DNA of 64,000 bases from the human T2T-CHM13v2.0 reference genome, Homo sapiens, in the NCBI RefSeq assembly GCF_009914755.1, contig NC_060947.1; one strand, 5' to 3'. Positions 1 through 12,786 of the stretch are shown piece after piece; positions within the stretch are counted from its first letter, which is position 1, and the number at the start of each line of letters is the position of its first letter. The notes below the pieces were generated by a model. It worked only from the letters and a program-made list of their open reading frames with translations, searched no databases and was not told the origin of the DNA. The position numbers were made by a program, and so were the translations under genes.

Positions 1-19
1 GTCAATTTAGGACATAGAG

Positions 20-256
20 AACCTTGGGTTTGAATGCCAGCCACCAGTCACTGGGGGAGCAGTTGTGGTGGGGGAGCAGTTGTGGTTGGGAAGCTTAGCC
101 AGGATGCAATCTTTGTGAGCCTCAGTTTCTCTTCATGTAAAAAGACAATAGATACAAAGAATCTGCAGAATACTTATAAGTAAGACAGATTATTTAGGTA
201 AAGCACATAGCATGCAGTCTAATACAAAGTAGGTATTCAACAAAGAGTAGCTACTA
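20..256 (+). mobile_element. MIR SINE relic with a G-rich interruption
   Basis: Core motifs gggtttgaatgccagc, gagcctcagtttctcttcatgtaaaa, gtaaagcacatagcatg and agtaggtattcaacaaa. Confidence 0.8.
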
Positions 257-409
257 ATATTTTAAGACGACACTTAAGAACATTATATTTTTAATAACAC
301 ACCTAAAACTTACATGACATACTTTTGAGAAAAGATGAATAATAGTGAAAGCAGCTTACCAAATATGAACCCACAGCAACCTATATTATTTTCCTACTTC
401 CCCCAACCC

Positions 410-3400
410 TCAGAACTTACTGTTGGTGGGAAATTTCTTTCAGCAGAGGCACAGGTGTATTGCCAGGCTCAGCAGGAATAATCTGCAGCTCCATAATAAC
501 AGACAGGCAGCCCTTGTGCTCATGAAGGGTCTTGTAGAAGGGGTTGTCTTTTTCTCCCTCATCCACCACTGCAGACACAGTGGGGACTTCTCCCATGGAG
601 GTCAGCATCGGTGCACCTACACACAGCCTTTCCAAAGCACTTCAGGGTGACTGCATCCCCACAGAAATAGTGCCCTTCAGGTTCAGGCTTGCATGAAGAG
701 TAGAGTCACAGTTCCTCTCTACTTGGAACATCAACATTCTTCCAGATAAAAAGAAGTGCCTCTCTGATCTGAATAGCCAGAAAACTGGGTCAGGAGTGTG
801 ACTGGGAAGTGGATTGCCTTCCTGCTGGCCTGTCAGGGGAGCTGAGGTGGCTCCCATCCTTCCCCCTGATTATACCTCAGTGATTTCACTGAGAGCTCTC
901 CCAGCCACCTCTATCAAGTCTGGGACCTCTACTCACCATTGGGTATTGCATTTACACACCTGCTTTAGCCACAACCAATTTCTGCCTAGGGACACCTCAC
1001 CTACTGGACTGAAGCTTAACCTATTGAGCCCAGTAAATAAAATACTGGGGCAAATAAATTAATTAATTGATCAATTAATTAATGCACACCATGAAGGAAC
1101 AAGATAATCTTCAAGAGACCATTCCTGTTAAAACACCATAGGAGACAGTGAACTTGCTTACACACTGAGCACAGTGCTACTACAACCAGCATCTGAGAAA
1201 GCCATGATAAAAAGATTCTCTATAAGCAAGGAACTCATACAGATTTACCTCTGAAAGCATCAAGAGCTGAATTAGATTACAATAAACTATAAACATTAAC
1301 GTCATATTCTTAAGTGGGGAAAAGAGATTAAAAAAACAGTTAATTCAAAAATAAATTCAAGAATAATTAGAAGAAATAGTCTACCCAAATGAGAAAAATC
1401 AGAAAAATAATTCTGGCAATATGACAAAAGATAGTTCTGTAACACCTCCATCAATAGATCCATACCAAGATAAAATATTTGAAATGCTACATAAAGAATT
1501 AAAAAGGTTGATTATTAAGCTACTAAAAGAGGTACAAGAAAAATGTGGAAATCAACAAAAAGAAAAAAGAATTCAGGATATGAATGAAAAATTTTCTAGA
1601 AATAAATATTCCAATGAAAAACCAATCAGAACTTCTGGAAATGAAAGACACATTTAGGGAATTACAAAATGCAGTAGAAACTTTTAACAATAGACTAGAC
1701 CAAGTAGAAAAAAATAATTTCAGAGCTCAAAGACAAGACATTAGAATTAACCCAATAAGACTAAAATAAAGAAAAAAATGAAATGAACAAAGTCTCCAAG
1801 TAATATGGGATTATGTACAATGGCCAAACCTAAGACACACAGGTGTACCTGAAGGAGAAGAGAAAGGAAAATCTTTGGAAAACATATGTGAGGGAATAAT
1901 TGAAGAAAACATCATTGTTTGCTAGAGATTTAGATATCCAAATAAAAGAATCTCAAATAACTCCTGGGAGATTCATTGCAATAAGGACATCACCAAGACA
2001 TATAGTCATCAGCCTTATCTGAAGGTAACATGAAAAAAAGAATTCTAAGAGAGACAAAAGCATCAGGTAACCTATAAAGGAAAACTTATCAGACTAACAG
2101 CAGACTTCTAAGCACAAACTCTACAAGCCAGAAGGGATAGGGATCCTATCTTTAGCCTCCTTGAACAGAATAACTATCAGCCAAGAATTTTGTATCCAGC
2201 AAAACTAAGTTTCATAAAGAGAAATAAAGTCATTTTTAGACAAACAAATGCTAAGGTGATTTGTCACTACTAGACCAGTCCTACGAGAAATGCTAAAAGG
2301 AGTTCTAAATCTTTAAGCAAAAGGTCAGTATGCGCCACAGTAAAACCTCTTGAAAGCATAAAAACACAGGGCCTATAAAACAATAAGTCAACATAAAAAC
2401 AAAATAGGTAACAGTCAACATGATGACTGAAACTGTACCTCACACCTCAATAGTAACACTGAACCTCTGAAAGCACCAAGAACCAAATTAAATGGCCTAA
2501 ATGCTCAACATAAGAAATACAGATTGATAGAATGAATTAAAAAATTGCAAACCAAATACCTGCTGTCTTCCAAGAAATTCACCTAACATGTAATGATTTA
2601 TTGAAACTCAAGGCAAAGGGGTATAAAATAATATCCCATGCAAATGGAAACCAAAAGCAAGCAAGAGGAGCTATTCTTGTATTAGATAAAACATACTTTA
2701 AAGCAACAATAGTAAAAAAAGACAAGGAAGGTCATTATATAGTGATAAAAAATTAATCCAACAGGAAGATATTACAATCTTAAATATATATGCACCTAAC
2801 TCTGGAGCTCCCAGATTCCTGAATTACTATTAGACCCAAGAAATGAGATAGACAGCAACACAATAATAGTGGGGGACAGCAACACAATAATAGTGAGGGA
2901 CTTCAACATTCCTCTAACAGCAGTAGACAGATCATTGATATAGAAAGTATACAAAAAATGGAATAAAACTGCACTCTAGAACAAACGGACCTAACATATA
3001 TTAACAGAATATTCAACCCAAGAACTACAGAATATACATTCTTCTCATTAGCACATGAAACATTCTTCAAGATAGACCATGTGATAGGCTACAAAACAAG
3101 ACTCTACATTTTTAAAACTTTAAATCATATCAAGTATCTTCCAAGACCACAGTAGACTAAAACTAGAAATCAAATCCCAAAGGGCACCTCAAAACTATAT
3201 AAATACATGTATATTAACCAATGTAGTCCTGAATGGCTTTTGGTTTAATACTGAAATCAAGATGGAAAGTTAAAAAATATTTGAAGTGAATGCTAATAGT
3301 GACAAAAGTTATCAAAACCTTTGGGATACAGCAAAAGCAGTGCTAATAGGAAAGTTTATAGTACTAAATTCCTACATTGAGAAACTTGAAAGGTTACAAA

Positions 3401-4803
3401 TTGACAACCTAATATCATATCTCAAGGAACTAGAGAAATAAGAACAAGCCCAAAGCTAGCAGAAGAAAAGAAACTAAAAGTATCAGAGCAGACCTAAATG
3501 AATTTGAAATGAAAAACAATACGAAAGATCAATGAAACAAAAAGTTGATTCTTAGGAAAGATAAACAAATAGACCATTACCTAGATTAACCAAGAAAGAG
3601 AGAGGATTCAAATACATTACAACCAACACCACAAAAATACAAAAGGTCAGCAGAGACAACTGTGAACCCCTCTATGCACATGAACTAGAAAATCTAGCAG
3701 AAATGGATAAATTCCTGGGAACATAAAACCCTCCTAGATTAAATTAAGAAGAAATAGAAACCCTGAACAGATCACTAACAATCAGTGAAATTGAATTAAT
3801 AATAAAAAATGTTGTCAACAAAAAAGCCGAGAGCCAGATGGATTCACCATGGAATTCTACCAGACATTCAAAGAATAGTTGGTACCAACCCTACTGAAGT
3901 TATTCCAAAAGATTGAGAAAGAGGGAATATCCCCCAACTCATTCTATGCAGCCAGTATCACCTCCATACCCAAAGCAGGAAAGGGCATAACAACAATAAA
4001 AATAGTACAGAACAGTATCCTTCTTGATCAACATACATGCAAAAATCCTCAACAAAATACAAGCAAACCGAATCAAACAGCACATTAAAAAGGTAATTCA
4101 CCATTATCAAATAAATTTCTATCCAGGGATGTAGGGATGTTTTAACATACACAAGTCAATAAATGTACTACATCACATAAACAGAATTTTAAAGAAACTA
4201 TATGATCATCTCAACAGACACAGAAAAATTATTTGAAAAAATCCAGCTTCCCTTTATAAAAACCATTAATAAACTGGGCATAGAAGGGACATACCTCAAA
4301 ATGACACCTCAAAAGTTATGAAAGACATATGTGGCAAACCCACAGCCATCATCATAGTGAATGGGGAAAACATTGAAAGCACTCCTCCTGAAAACTGGAA
4401 CAAGACAAGGATGCTCATCTTCACCTCTTTTGTTCAGCATAGTACTGGAAGTTGTAGCCACAACAAACAGTCAAGAAAAAGAAATAAAGGTCATCCAAAC
4501 TGGAAAAGAGAAACTCAAACTATCACTGTTTGCCAATGATTGTATACATAGAAAACCCCAAAGACTCATCCAAAAGACTACCAGATTTGATAAATTCCAC
4601 AAAGTGTCAGTTTACAAAGACAGTGTACAGAAATCAGTAACACTGCTATATACCAACAACAAAGAAGCTGAAAATCATATCAAGAATGCAATTCCTTTTA
4701 AAATGTTGCAAAAAAATACAATACCTAGGAATATACTTAACCAAGAAGGGGAAAGATCTGTGCAGGTAGAACTACAAAACATTGTTGAAAGAAATCATAG
4801 ATG
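410..4803 (+). mobile_element. LINE-1, L1PB-like: 5'UTR, decayed ORF1, ORF2 EN and RT; 3' portion missing
   Basis: ORF track gives L1 ORF1-like (NQSELLEMKD...NNRLDQVE) and ORF2-like ([31 protein letters not shown]) peptides with many stops and frameshifts; homology stops at gaaatcatagatg. Confidence 0.9.
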
Positions 4804-7800
4804 GAAGGTGGTGAAATAGAAGTCTCCAACATTTTCCCCCGCACAAGAACACCAAGTTAACAACCGTCTACAAAGAACAAACGCCTTCAAAAGAACCAAA
4901 AATCAGGTGAACATTCGTAGTACCTGGGTCTAAATTTATATTGCTAAAAGAAGAACTGAAGATAGAAAAAAAAATAACAGTCTAGAATTGTTGACAGAAA
5001 CCCTCCTTCAACCCCAGCAGCAGCAGGGTGCCAAGAGCATCTCTGGGCACTGGGAAAGAGAGAACAAAGCAATTGTGAAGACAATGAATTCGGTGCTGTC
5101 ACATTAGAGCAGAATGGAAAACCAGACCAAACAGCTGACGCCTGCCCACAGAGGGAGCACTTAAAGCAGCCCAGGCCAGATTAGCCACAGGTGAGCTAGT
5201 GTCACTCCACCCCCAGTTTTAGGTTGCTTATAACATAGAGAGAGACTCTGTGTATTTAGAAGAAAATAAGAGAAAAGAGAAAGAATTTCTGCCTAATAAT
5301 CTAGACAATTCTTCTGCATCTGTCCCATAGCATAAAGGTGGAACTCTACAAGTCTGCAAGAACCACAGCATTACTGAACTTGGGATGACTCCTAAGGCAG
5401 ATAAAGCTTAGATTGCAATACCCAAGTCCTTTCAAATATCTAAGAAGACATCTCAAGAAGGACAGCTACAAATAAGCCCAGTCAGTGAACACTATAATTC
5501 TTTGCCCTTAAATGCCCAGGCACCAAAGAACATTTCCTAGCATCAACACCATTCAGGAAAACATAATCTCACCAAATGAACTAAATAAAGCACCAGGGAA
5601 CAATCCAGGAGAAACAGAGTTAAGTGAGCTTTCAGACAGAGAATTCACAATGGCTATGCTGAGGAAATGCAGAGAAAATTCAAGATAACACAGAGGAGGA
5701 ATTCAGAATTCTATCAGATAAATTTAGCAAAGAGATTGAAATAATTAGAAAGAATCAAGCAGAAATTCTGGAGCTTAAGTATTCAATTGGCATACTGAAG
5801 AATGCATCAAGGTCCTTTAATAACAGAATGGATCAAGCGGAAACAAGAATTAGTGGGCTGAGAGACAGGCTAATTGAAAATACATAGTCAGAGGACACAA
5901 AAGAAAAAATAAAACAATAAACCACACCAGCAGCATCTAGAAAATAACCTCAAAAGGGCAAATCTGAGAGTTATTGGCCTTACAGAGGAGGTAGAGAAAG
6001 AGATAAGGTTAGATGTTTATTCAAAGGGATAATAACAGAGAATTTATCAAACATAGAGAAAGATATCCATATCTAAGTACAAGAAGTTTATCGAACACCA
6101 AGAAGAATTTACCCAAAGAAGACTACCTCGAGATATCTAATAATCAAACTCCCAGTGGTCAAAAATAAAGGATCCTAAAGGCAGCAAGAGGAAAAGAAAT
6201 AAATAAGATACAGTGAAGCTCCAATACATCTGGCAACAGACTTTCCAGTAGAAATCTTACCAGCCAGGAGAGAGTGGAATGATATATTTAAAGTGCTGAA
6301 GGAAAAAATTAAAAGTTGACCCTACAATAGCATATCTGGTGAAAATATCCTTCAGTCGTGAAGGAGAAATAAAGACCTTCCCAGACAAACAAAAGTTAAG
6401 GGATTTCGTCAATACCAGACCTGTCCCACCAGAAATGCTAAAAGAAGTACTTCAATCAGAAAGAAAAGAACAATAATGAGCATAATCACCAGAAGTTATG
6501 AAACTTACTGGTAATAGTAAGTACACAGAAAAACACAGAATATTATAACACTGTAATTGTGATGTGTAAACTACTCTTATCCTAGTAGAAAGATGAAACA
6601 GTGAACCAATAAAAAATAATAACTGCAACTTTTCAAGACATAGTCAATACAAAAAGATATAAATAGGTACAACAAAAAGCTAAAAAGCGGGGGTACAAAG
6701 TTAAGGCATACAGCCTTTTTTTTTTAGTTTTCTTTTTGCGTGTTTATTTATGCAAAGTGTTAAGTTGTTATCGGTTTAAAATAACGGGATAGTATTTGCA
6801 AGCCTCATGGTAACCTCAAACTAAAAAACACACAATGGATCCACAAAAAATAAAAAGCAAGAAACTAAATCATATCACCAGGGAAAATTACCTTCATTAC
6901 AGAAAAAAAAGGAAAGAAAGAAAAAAATGGAGAAGACCACAAAACAACCAGAAAACAAATGACACACGGAAGGAGTAAGTCCTTACTTATTAGTAATAAC
7001 GTTGAATGTAAATGGACTAAATCAAAAGACAGACTGGCTGAACAAATAAAAAAGAAAAAGACTCATTTATCTGCTGCCTACAAGAAACACAGTTCACCTA
7101 TAAGACACACATAGACTGAAATAAAGGGATGAAAAATGATATTTCATGTCAATGGAAACAGAAAAGGAGCAGGAGTTGCTATACTTATATTAGACAAAAT
7201 AGATTTCCATACAAAAATCTAAGAAGAGACAAAGTCAGTATATAATGATAAAGGGGTCAATTTAACAAGAAGATACAATTATTGTAAATATATATGCACC
7301 CAACATTGGAGAACCCAGATATATAAAACTTAGGGCTCAAGGGAGAGATAGGCCCTAATACAATAATAGTAGGAGACTTCAACATGCCACTTTCAGTATT
7401 AAACAGCTCTTTCAGACATAAAATTAACAAGGAAACATCAGCCTTAATCTGCACTATAGAACAATGGATCTAATCGATATTTAGAGACATTTCATCCAAG
7501 AGCTATTTAGAGACATTTCATCCAAGAGCTGCCAAATACATACTTTTCTTCAGCACATGGATCATTCTCAAGGATAGACTGTATTTTAAGTAATAAAACC
7601 ACTCTGAAAACATTCCAAAAATTAAAATAGCATCAAGCATCTTCTTTTACCACAATGGAATAAAACTAGTAATTAATAACAAGAAAAAATTTGGAAGCTA
7701 TGCAAATACATAGAAATTAAGCAATATGTTCCTGAATGACCAGTGGGTCAATGAAAAAATTAAGAAGGAAAATAAAAAAAATTTTTGAAACAATGATAAT

Positions 7801-10800
7801 AGAAACACAACATGCCGAAACCTATATAATATATCAAAACCAGTACTAAGAGAGATGTTTATAGCTATAAGTGCCTACATCAAAAAAAGAAAAAGATTCA
7901 AATAAACAATCTAACAATGCATCTTAAAGAAGTAGAAAAGCAAGAGCAAACCAAACCCCAAACTGGAGGAAATAAATATTAAAGATCAGAGCAGAAATCA
8001 AAGAAATTGAAATAAATTAATAAAACAAAAAATTGTTTTTTAAAGTTAAACAAAACAAACTTCTAACCAGACTAAGAAAAAAAGAGGAAAGATCCAAATA
8101 AATAAAATCAGAAATGAAAAAGGAAGCATGACAATTGATACTGCAGAAATTCAAAGGATCATTAGTGGCTACTATGGGCAACTATATGCCAATAAATTGG
8201 AAAATGTAGAAGAAATAGACAAATTTTTAGATAAATACAACCTACCGAAATTGAACCAGGAAGAAATCCAAACCCTGAACAGACCGATAACAAGTAATGA
8301 GATTGAAGGTAATGAAAAGTTTCTTAGTAAAGAAAATCCCAGGACCCCATGGCTTCACAGCTAAATTCTACCAAACACTTAAAGAAGACCTAATAATAAT
8401 CCTACTGAAACTATTCTGAAAAATAGAGGAGAGTGAATACTTCTAAACTCATTCTACAAGGCCAGTATTTCCCTGATCCCAAAACCAGACAAAGACACGT
8501 CCATAAAAAGAAAACTACAGGCCATTATCTCTGATGAATATTGATGCAAAAACCCTCAACAAAATACTAGCAAACTAAATTCAACAATACATTAGAACTA
8601 TTATTCATCATGACTAAGTGGGATTTATTCCTGGGATGCAAGAATGGTTCAACATACACAAATTAATCAACATGATACATAGTATCAACAGAGTGAATAC
8701 TAAAAACCATATGATCATTTTCATTGATGCTGAAAAAGCATTTGATCAAATTCAACATTTATTTTAAAAACCCTAAAAAAACTGGATATAGAAGTAATGT
8801 ACCTCCACACAATAAAAGCCATATATGACAGACCCACAGGTAGTATCATACTGAATGGAAAAACACTGAAAGTCTTTGTTCTAACATCTGGAAAACAAAA
8901 AAGATTCTCACCGTCACCACTGTTATTCAACATAGTACTTAAAGTCCTAGCTAGATCATCAGAGAAGGGAAAGAAACAAAGGGCATCCAAATTGGAAAGC
9001 AAGGAGTCAAATTATCCTTGTTTGCTGATGATATAATCTCATATTTAGAAAAACCTAAAGAGTCCACAAGAAAACTATTAGAACTGATAAACAAATTCAG
9101 TAAAGTTGCAGGATACAAAAATCGACATACAAAAATATGTGGCATTTCTATATATCAACAGTGAACCATGTGAAAAAATTTTTTAAAATTTCATTTACAG
9201 TAGTCAGATATAAAACTAAATACCTAGGAATTAAAGAAGTGAAAGATGTCTATACTGAAAACTATAAAACACTGATGAAAAAAATTGAAGAGTACATGAA
9301 AAAATGGAAAAATATTCCATGTGCATGGATTGAAAAAAAAATTAATATTGTTAAAATGTTCCTGCTACCCAACACAGTCTACAGATTCAATGCAATCCCA
9401 ATCAAAATACCAATGATATTTTTCACAGAAATAGAAAGAAAAAGTCATATAATTTATATGGAACCACAAAAGACCCAGAATAGCCAAAACTATTCTAAAG
9501 AAAAAGAGCAAGCAGGAGGAATCACACTACCTGACTTCAGTTTGTGCTACGGAGCTAGTAACCAAAACAGCATGTTACTGACATCAGAACCAACACGTAG
9601 ACCAATGGAACAAAATAAAGAACCCAGAAACAAATCCATACACCTACTGTAAACTCATTTTCAACAAAGGCACCAAGAACATACGCTGGAGGAAAAGACA
9701 GTCTCTTAAATAAATAGTGCCAGGAAAACTGGATAGTTGTATGCAGAATAATGAAATTAGACCCCTGTCTCTCATCACATACAAAAAATCAAATCAAAAT
9801 GGTTTGAAGACTTAAATCTCAGAGTTCAAACTATAAAGCTACTACAAGAAAACATTGGAGAAAATCTCCAGGAGATTGGTCTTGGCAAAAATTTCTTTAA
9901 CAATAGCCCACAAGCACAGGCAACCAAAGCAAAAATGAACAAAAGGGGTCACATCAAGTTAAAAAGCTTTTACACAGAAAAGAAAACAACAAAGTGAAGA
10001 GACAACCCACAGAATGGGAGAAAATATTTTCAAACCACTCATTTGAGAAGGATTAATAACCAGAATATACAAGAAACTCAAACAACTCTATAGGAAAAAA
10101 AACTGATCAAAACATAAGTGAAAGATTTGAATAGACATTTCTCAAAAGAAGACATACAAATGACAAATGGGCATATAAAAAGGTGCTCAATGTCATTGAT
10201 CATCAGAGAAATACGAATCAAAACTACAATGAGATATCACCTCACCTTGGTTAAAATGGCTTTTATGCAAAGACAGGCAATAACAAGTGCTGGAGAGGAT
10301 GCAGAGCAAAGGGAACCTTTGTACACTGTTGATGGAAATGTCAATTAGTATAATCACTGTGGAGAACAGTTAGGAGGTTCCTCAAAAAACTGAAAATGGA
10401 ACTACCATATGATCCAGCAATCCCACTACCTTGTGTATACCCAAAAGAAAGGAAATCAATATATGGAAGAGATCTCTGCATTTCCATGTTTATTGCAGCA
10501 CTGTTCACAATAGCTAAGATTTGGAAGCAACCTAAATGTCCATCAATGAATGGATAAAATGTGGTACATAGACACAAGGGAGTACTTCAGCCTTAAAAAA
10601 AGAATGAGATCCTGTCATTTGCAACAACATGGATGGAACTGGCGGTCATTATGTTAAGTGAAATAAGCCAGGCATAGAAAGACAAACATCACATGTTCTG
10701 ACTTATTTGTGGGATCTAAACATCAAAACAATTGAACTCATGGTCATAGAGAGTAGAAGGGTGTTTACCAGAAGCTGGGATGGGTAGTGGGATGAGGGGA

Positions 10801-10953
10801 AGTGAGGATGGTTAATGGGTACAAAAAACATTTAGAAAGAATCAATAAAACCTACTACTTGATAGCACAACAGGGTGACTATAGTCAAAAATAACTGTAC
10901 ATTTTAAAATAAAGAGTGTAATTGGGTTATTTACAACTGAATGAATAATACTT
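4804..10953 (+). mobile_element. Near full-length LINE-1, L1MA2-like, inactive
   Basis: 5' end aaggtggtgaaatagaagtctcc; ORF2 peptides ([43 protein letters not shown]); L1MA1-3 type 3'UTR gtgggatctaaacatcaaaacaattgaactc. Confidence 0.92.
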
Positions 10954-11115
10954 AAGGAGGAAAATAGTAACTATGTGAGGTGATAGATATTTTAATTAGC
11001 TTATTGTGGTTATTTCATAATTTATAGCTGTATCAAAACCACAATGTATACCTTACATATTTATAACTTTTATTTGTCAATTATACCTCAATAATGCTTC
11101 AATAAATGAAGTTAA
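10954..11115 (+). mobile_element. Older L1 3' terminus (L1MA9/L1MB-like)
   Basis: gtaactatgtgaggtgatagatattttaattagctt...tttatttgtcaattatacctcaataa matches the recalled older 3' end. Confidence 0.75.
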
Positions 11116-11305
11116 AAGTGCCTGTCATTAGTACTCTTAAGCAAAGTTTGTAATTGTAATGAGCGGTTGAATTCTTTAAATCTATATTACTATGAATTAA
11201 TATTAAATTACAGAAAATCTGAATACTGAATAAATATTCGTATGTTTTGGGAAACATATATGGGAAACCCGTTTATGACTTGCTGAAGCCTCCTTAGACT
11301 GATTT

Positions 11306-11560
11306 AATAGTAGCTAACACTTATGAGCACTTATTATGTGCCAAGCACTGTACTAAGTACTTTTCATACATCATTTTATTCAGTCTTCACAGCTACTATA
11401 TGAAATACACACTATTATTATCACCATTTAATAGGTCTAAGCTGAGGCTTAGGTATTTCAAGTAATTTTCCCAAGGTTACATAGATAGTAAGAAGCAAAC
11501 CTGAAAGCTAATCCCTAGCTTTTCTGACTTCAAAGGCGGCCCTTTTAACCTCTTCATTCT
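11306..11560 (-). mobile_element. MIR
   Basis: tagctaacacttatgagcacttattatgtgccaagcactg ... ctgaggcttag ... cccaaggttacatag ... tctgacttcaaag. Confidence 0.85.
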
Positions 11561-11574
11561 ATTGTCACATTTCT

Positions 11575-11782
11575 TATTAGCCAAGCACTGTATTAATTAT
11601 TGCACCTCATCTCATTTAATGATCATAAAAATCTTATGAAGTAAGTGCTATTAGTAGCCAGATTTTACAGCTGAGAAAACCGAAGCTCAGATAATTTAAT
11701 TTGCTGTAACACTTGCAGAAAATTAACTAAGAATCAGGATTCTCAAGTTTATCTGACTCCAAAGCTCATGTTCCTTCCACTC
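11575..11782 (-). mobile_element. MIR, second adjacent copy
   Basis: gccaagcactgt ... ttttacagctgagaaaaccgaagctcaga ... tctgactccaaagctcatg. Confidence 0.8.
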
Positions 11783-12039
11783 AGCAACTCACTCACTTTT
11801 AAGATTTAGCCTATCAATATTAATAAAGTGAGCATTTACTTTTATGGAACAATTTGAAAAGACTTGAAAAATCATCTCTTTTTCTAGTTTGTCGTGAGAT
11901 CATAAATATCCCAAATTAGTAATATTGCTTAAGGACCACCTCCAGGAAAATCATATTTTTAACTTTTATCTGGTGATACTAATATTTATTAGGAATGTAT
12001 GTTAATTACAATTCTCAATAATATAGTCTCTGATGGAGT

Positions 12040-12398
12040 GTGTGGTAGACACTGTGCTGTACCACTCAGATCCTCCTCAGGAATGAAGGATTATTCCCTT
12101 AGCTGCTAAGAATGAATAAGAAAAATGCCTCACTTAAGGAGCAGCTCATATCAAGAACTGATTGACAAAAGTTATACAGGCTTCTTTTCACACTCTGGGC
12201 CAATTCTGAAAGGCCATCTCAGTGGGATCATGGAAATCTTTGTTGGAATTGTATGGCAGCTGGAGTTTTCCTTTTGTCTAGCCTTGTTTTCTTCTACTAA
12301 TTTCCACAGGTATTGATCTGGAGAGCACTCTCTTATACACTTTCTGTATGGTAATCTTTATCTCTGAGTTCACTTGCCAGAGAACCTGATTTGCAAAG
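12040..12398 (+). mobile_element. ERVL solo LTR, LTR16-like
   Basis: Starts tgtggtagacactgtg; ends atctttatctctgagttcacttgccagagaacctgatttgcaa. Confidence 0.7.
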
Positions 12399-12642
12399 GA
12401 AAGCATAGATGGAGCATTTGAAGTTAAGAGAAGACACGAGAGATGAGAAGAAAGACAGTAGGAAAGGTCATAAACTGGATACCCAGGACACAAGTAGTTA
12501 ATGAGGTATCAAAAAATTGGTGGGGTGTGGGAAGACAATTTCATAGATCACAACTTTTTGTAATCTAACTCTGCCCGACCAAAGCAGTATTTAAGGATAT
12601 ACTTACAAAATGCCAATTGCATCAAACATTCAGTATACAGTT

Positions 12643-12649
12643 TATATAG

Positions 12650-12685
<36 letters not shown>

Positions 12686-12786
12686 GCATGTATATATACA
12701 CACATATATATTCACACACAGACATGTAGGTAGATAGATACACAAATAGTAAGCATATATATGTATATATATCTGCATGGATATAG
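12643..12786. repeat. (TA)n/(CA)n compound microsatellite
   Basis: Directly visible alternating purine-pyrimidine tract. Confidence 0.9.

Noticed and set aside
1421-10577. Many ORFs up to 171 aa with RT/endonuclease-like peptides
   Set aside because: They are frameshifted fragments of dead L1 ORF1/ORF2 or their antisense frames; there is no intact CDS
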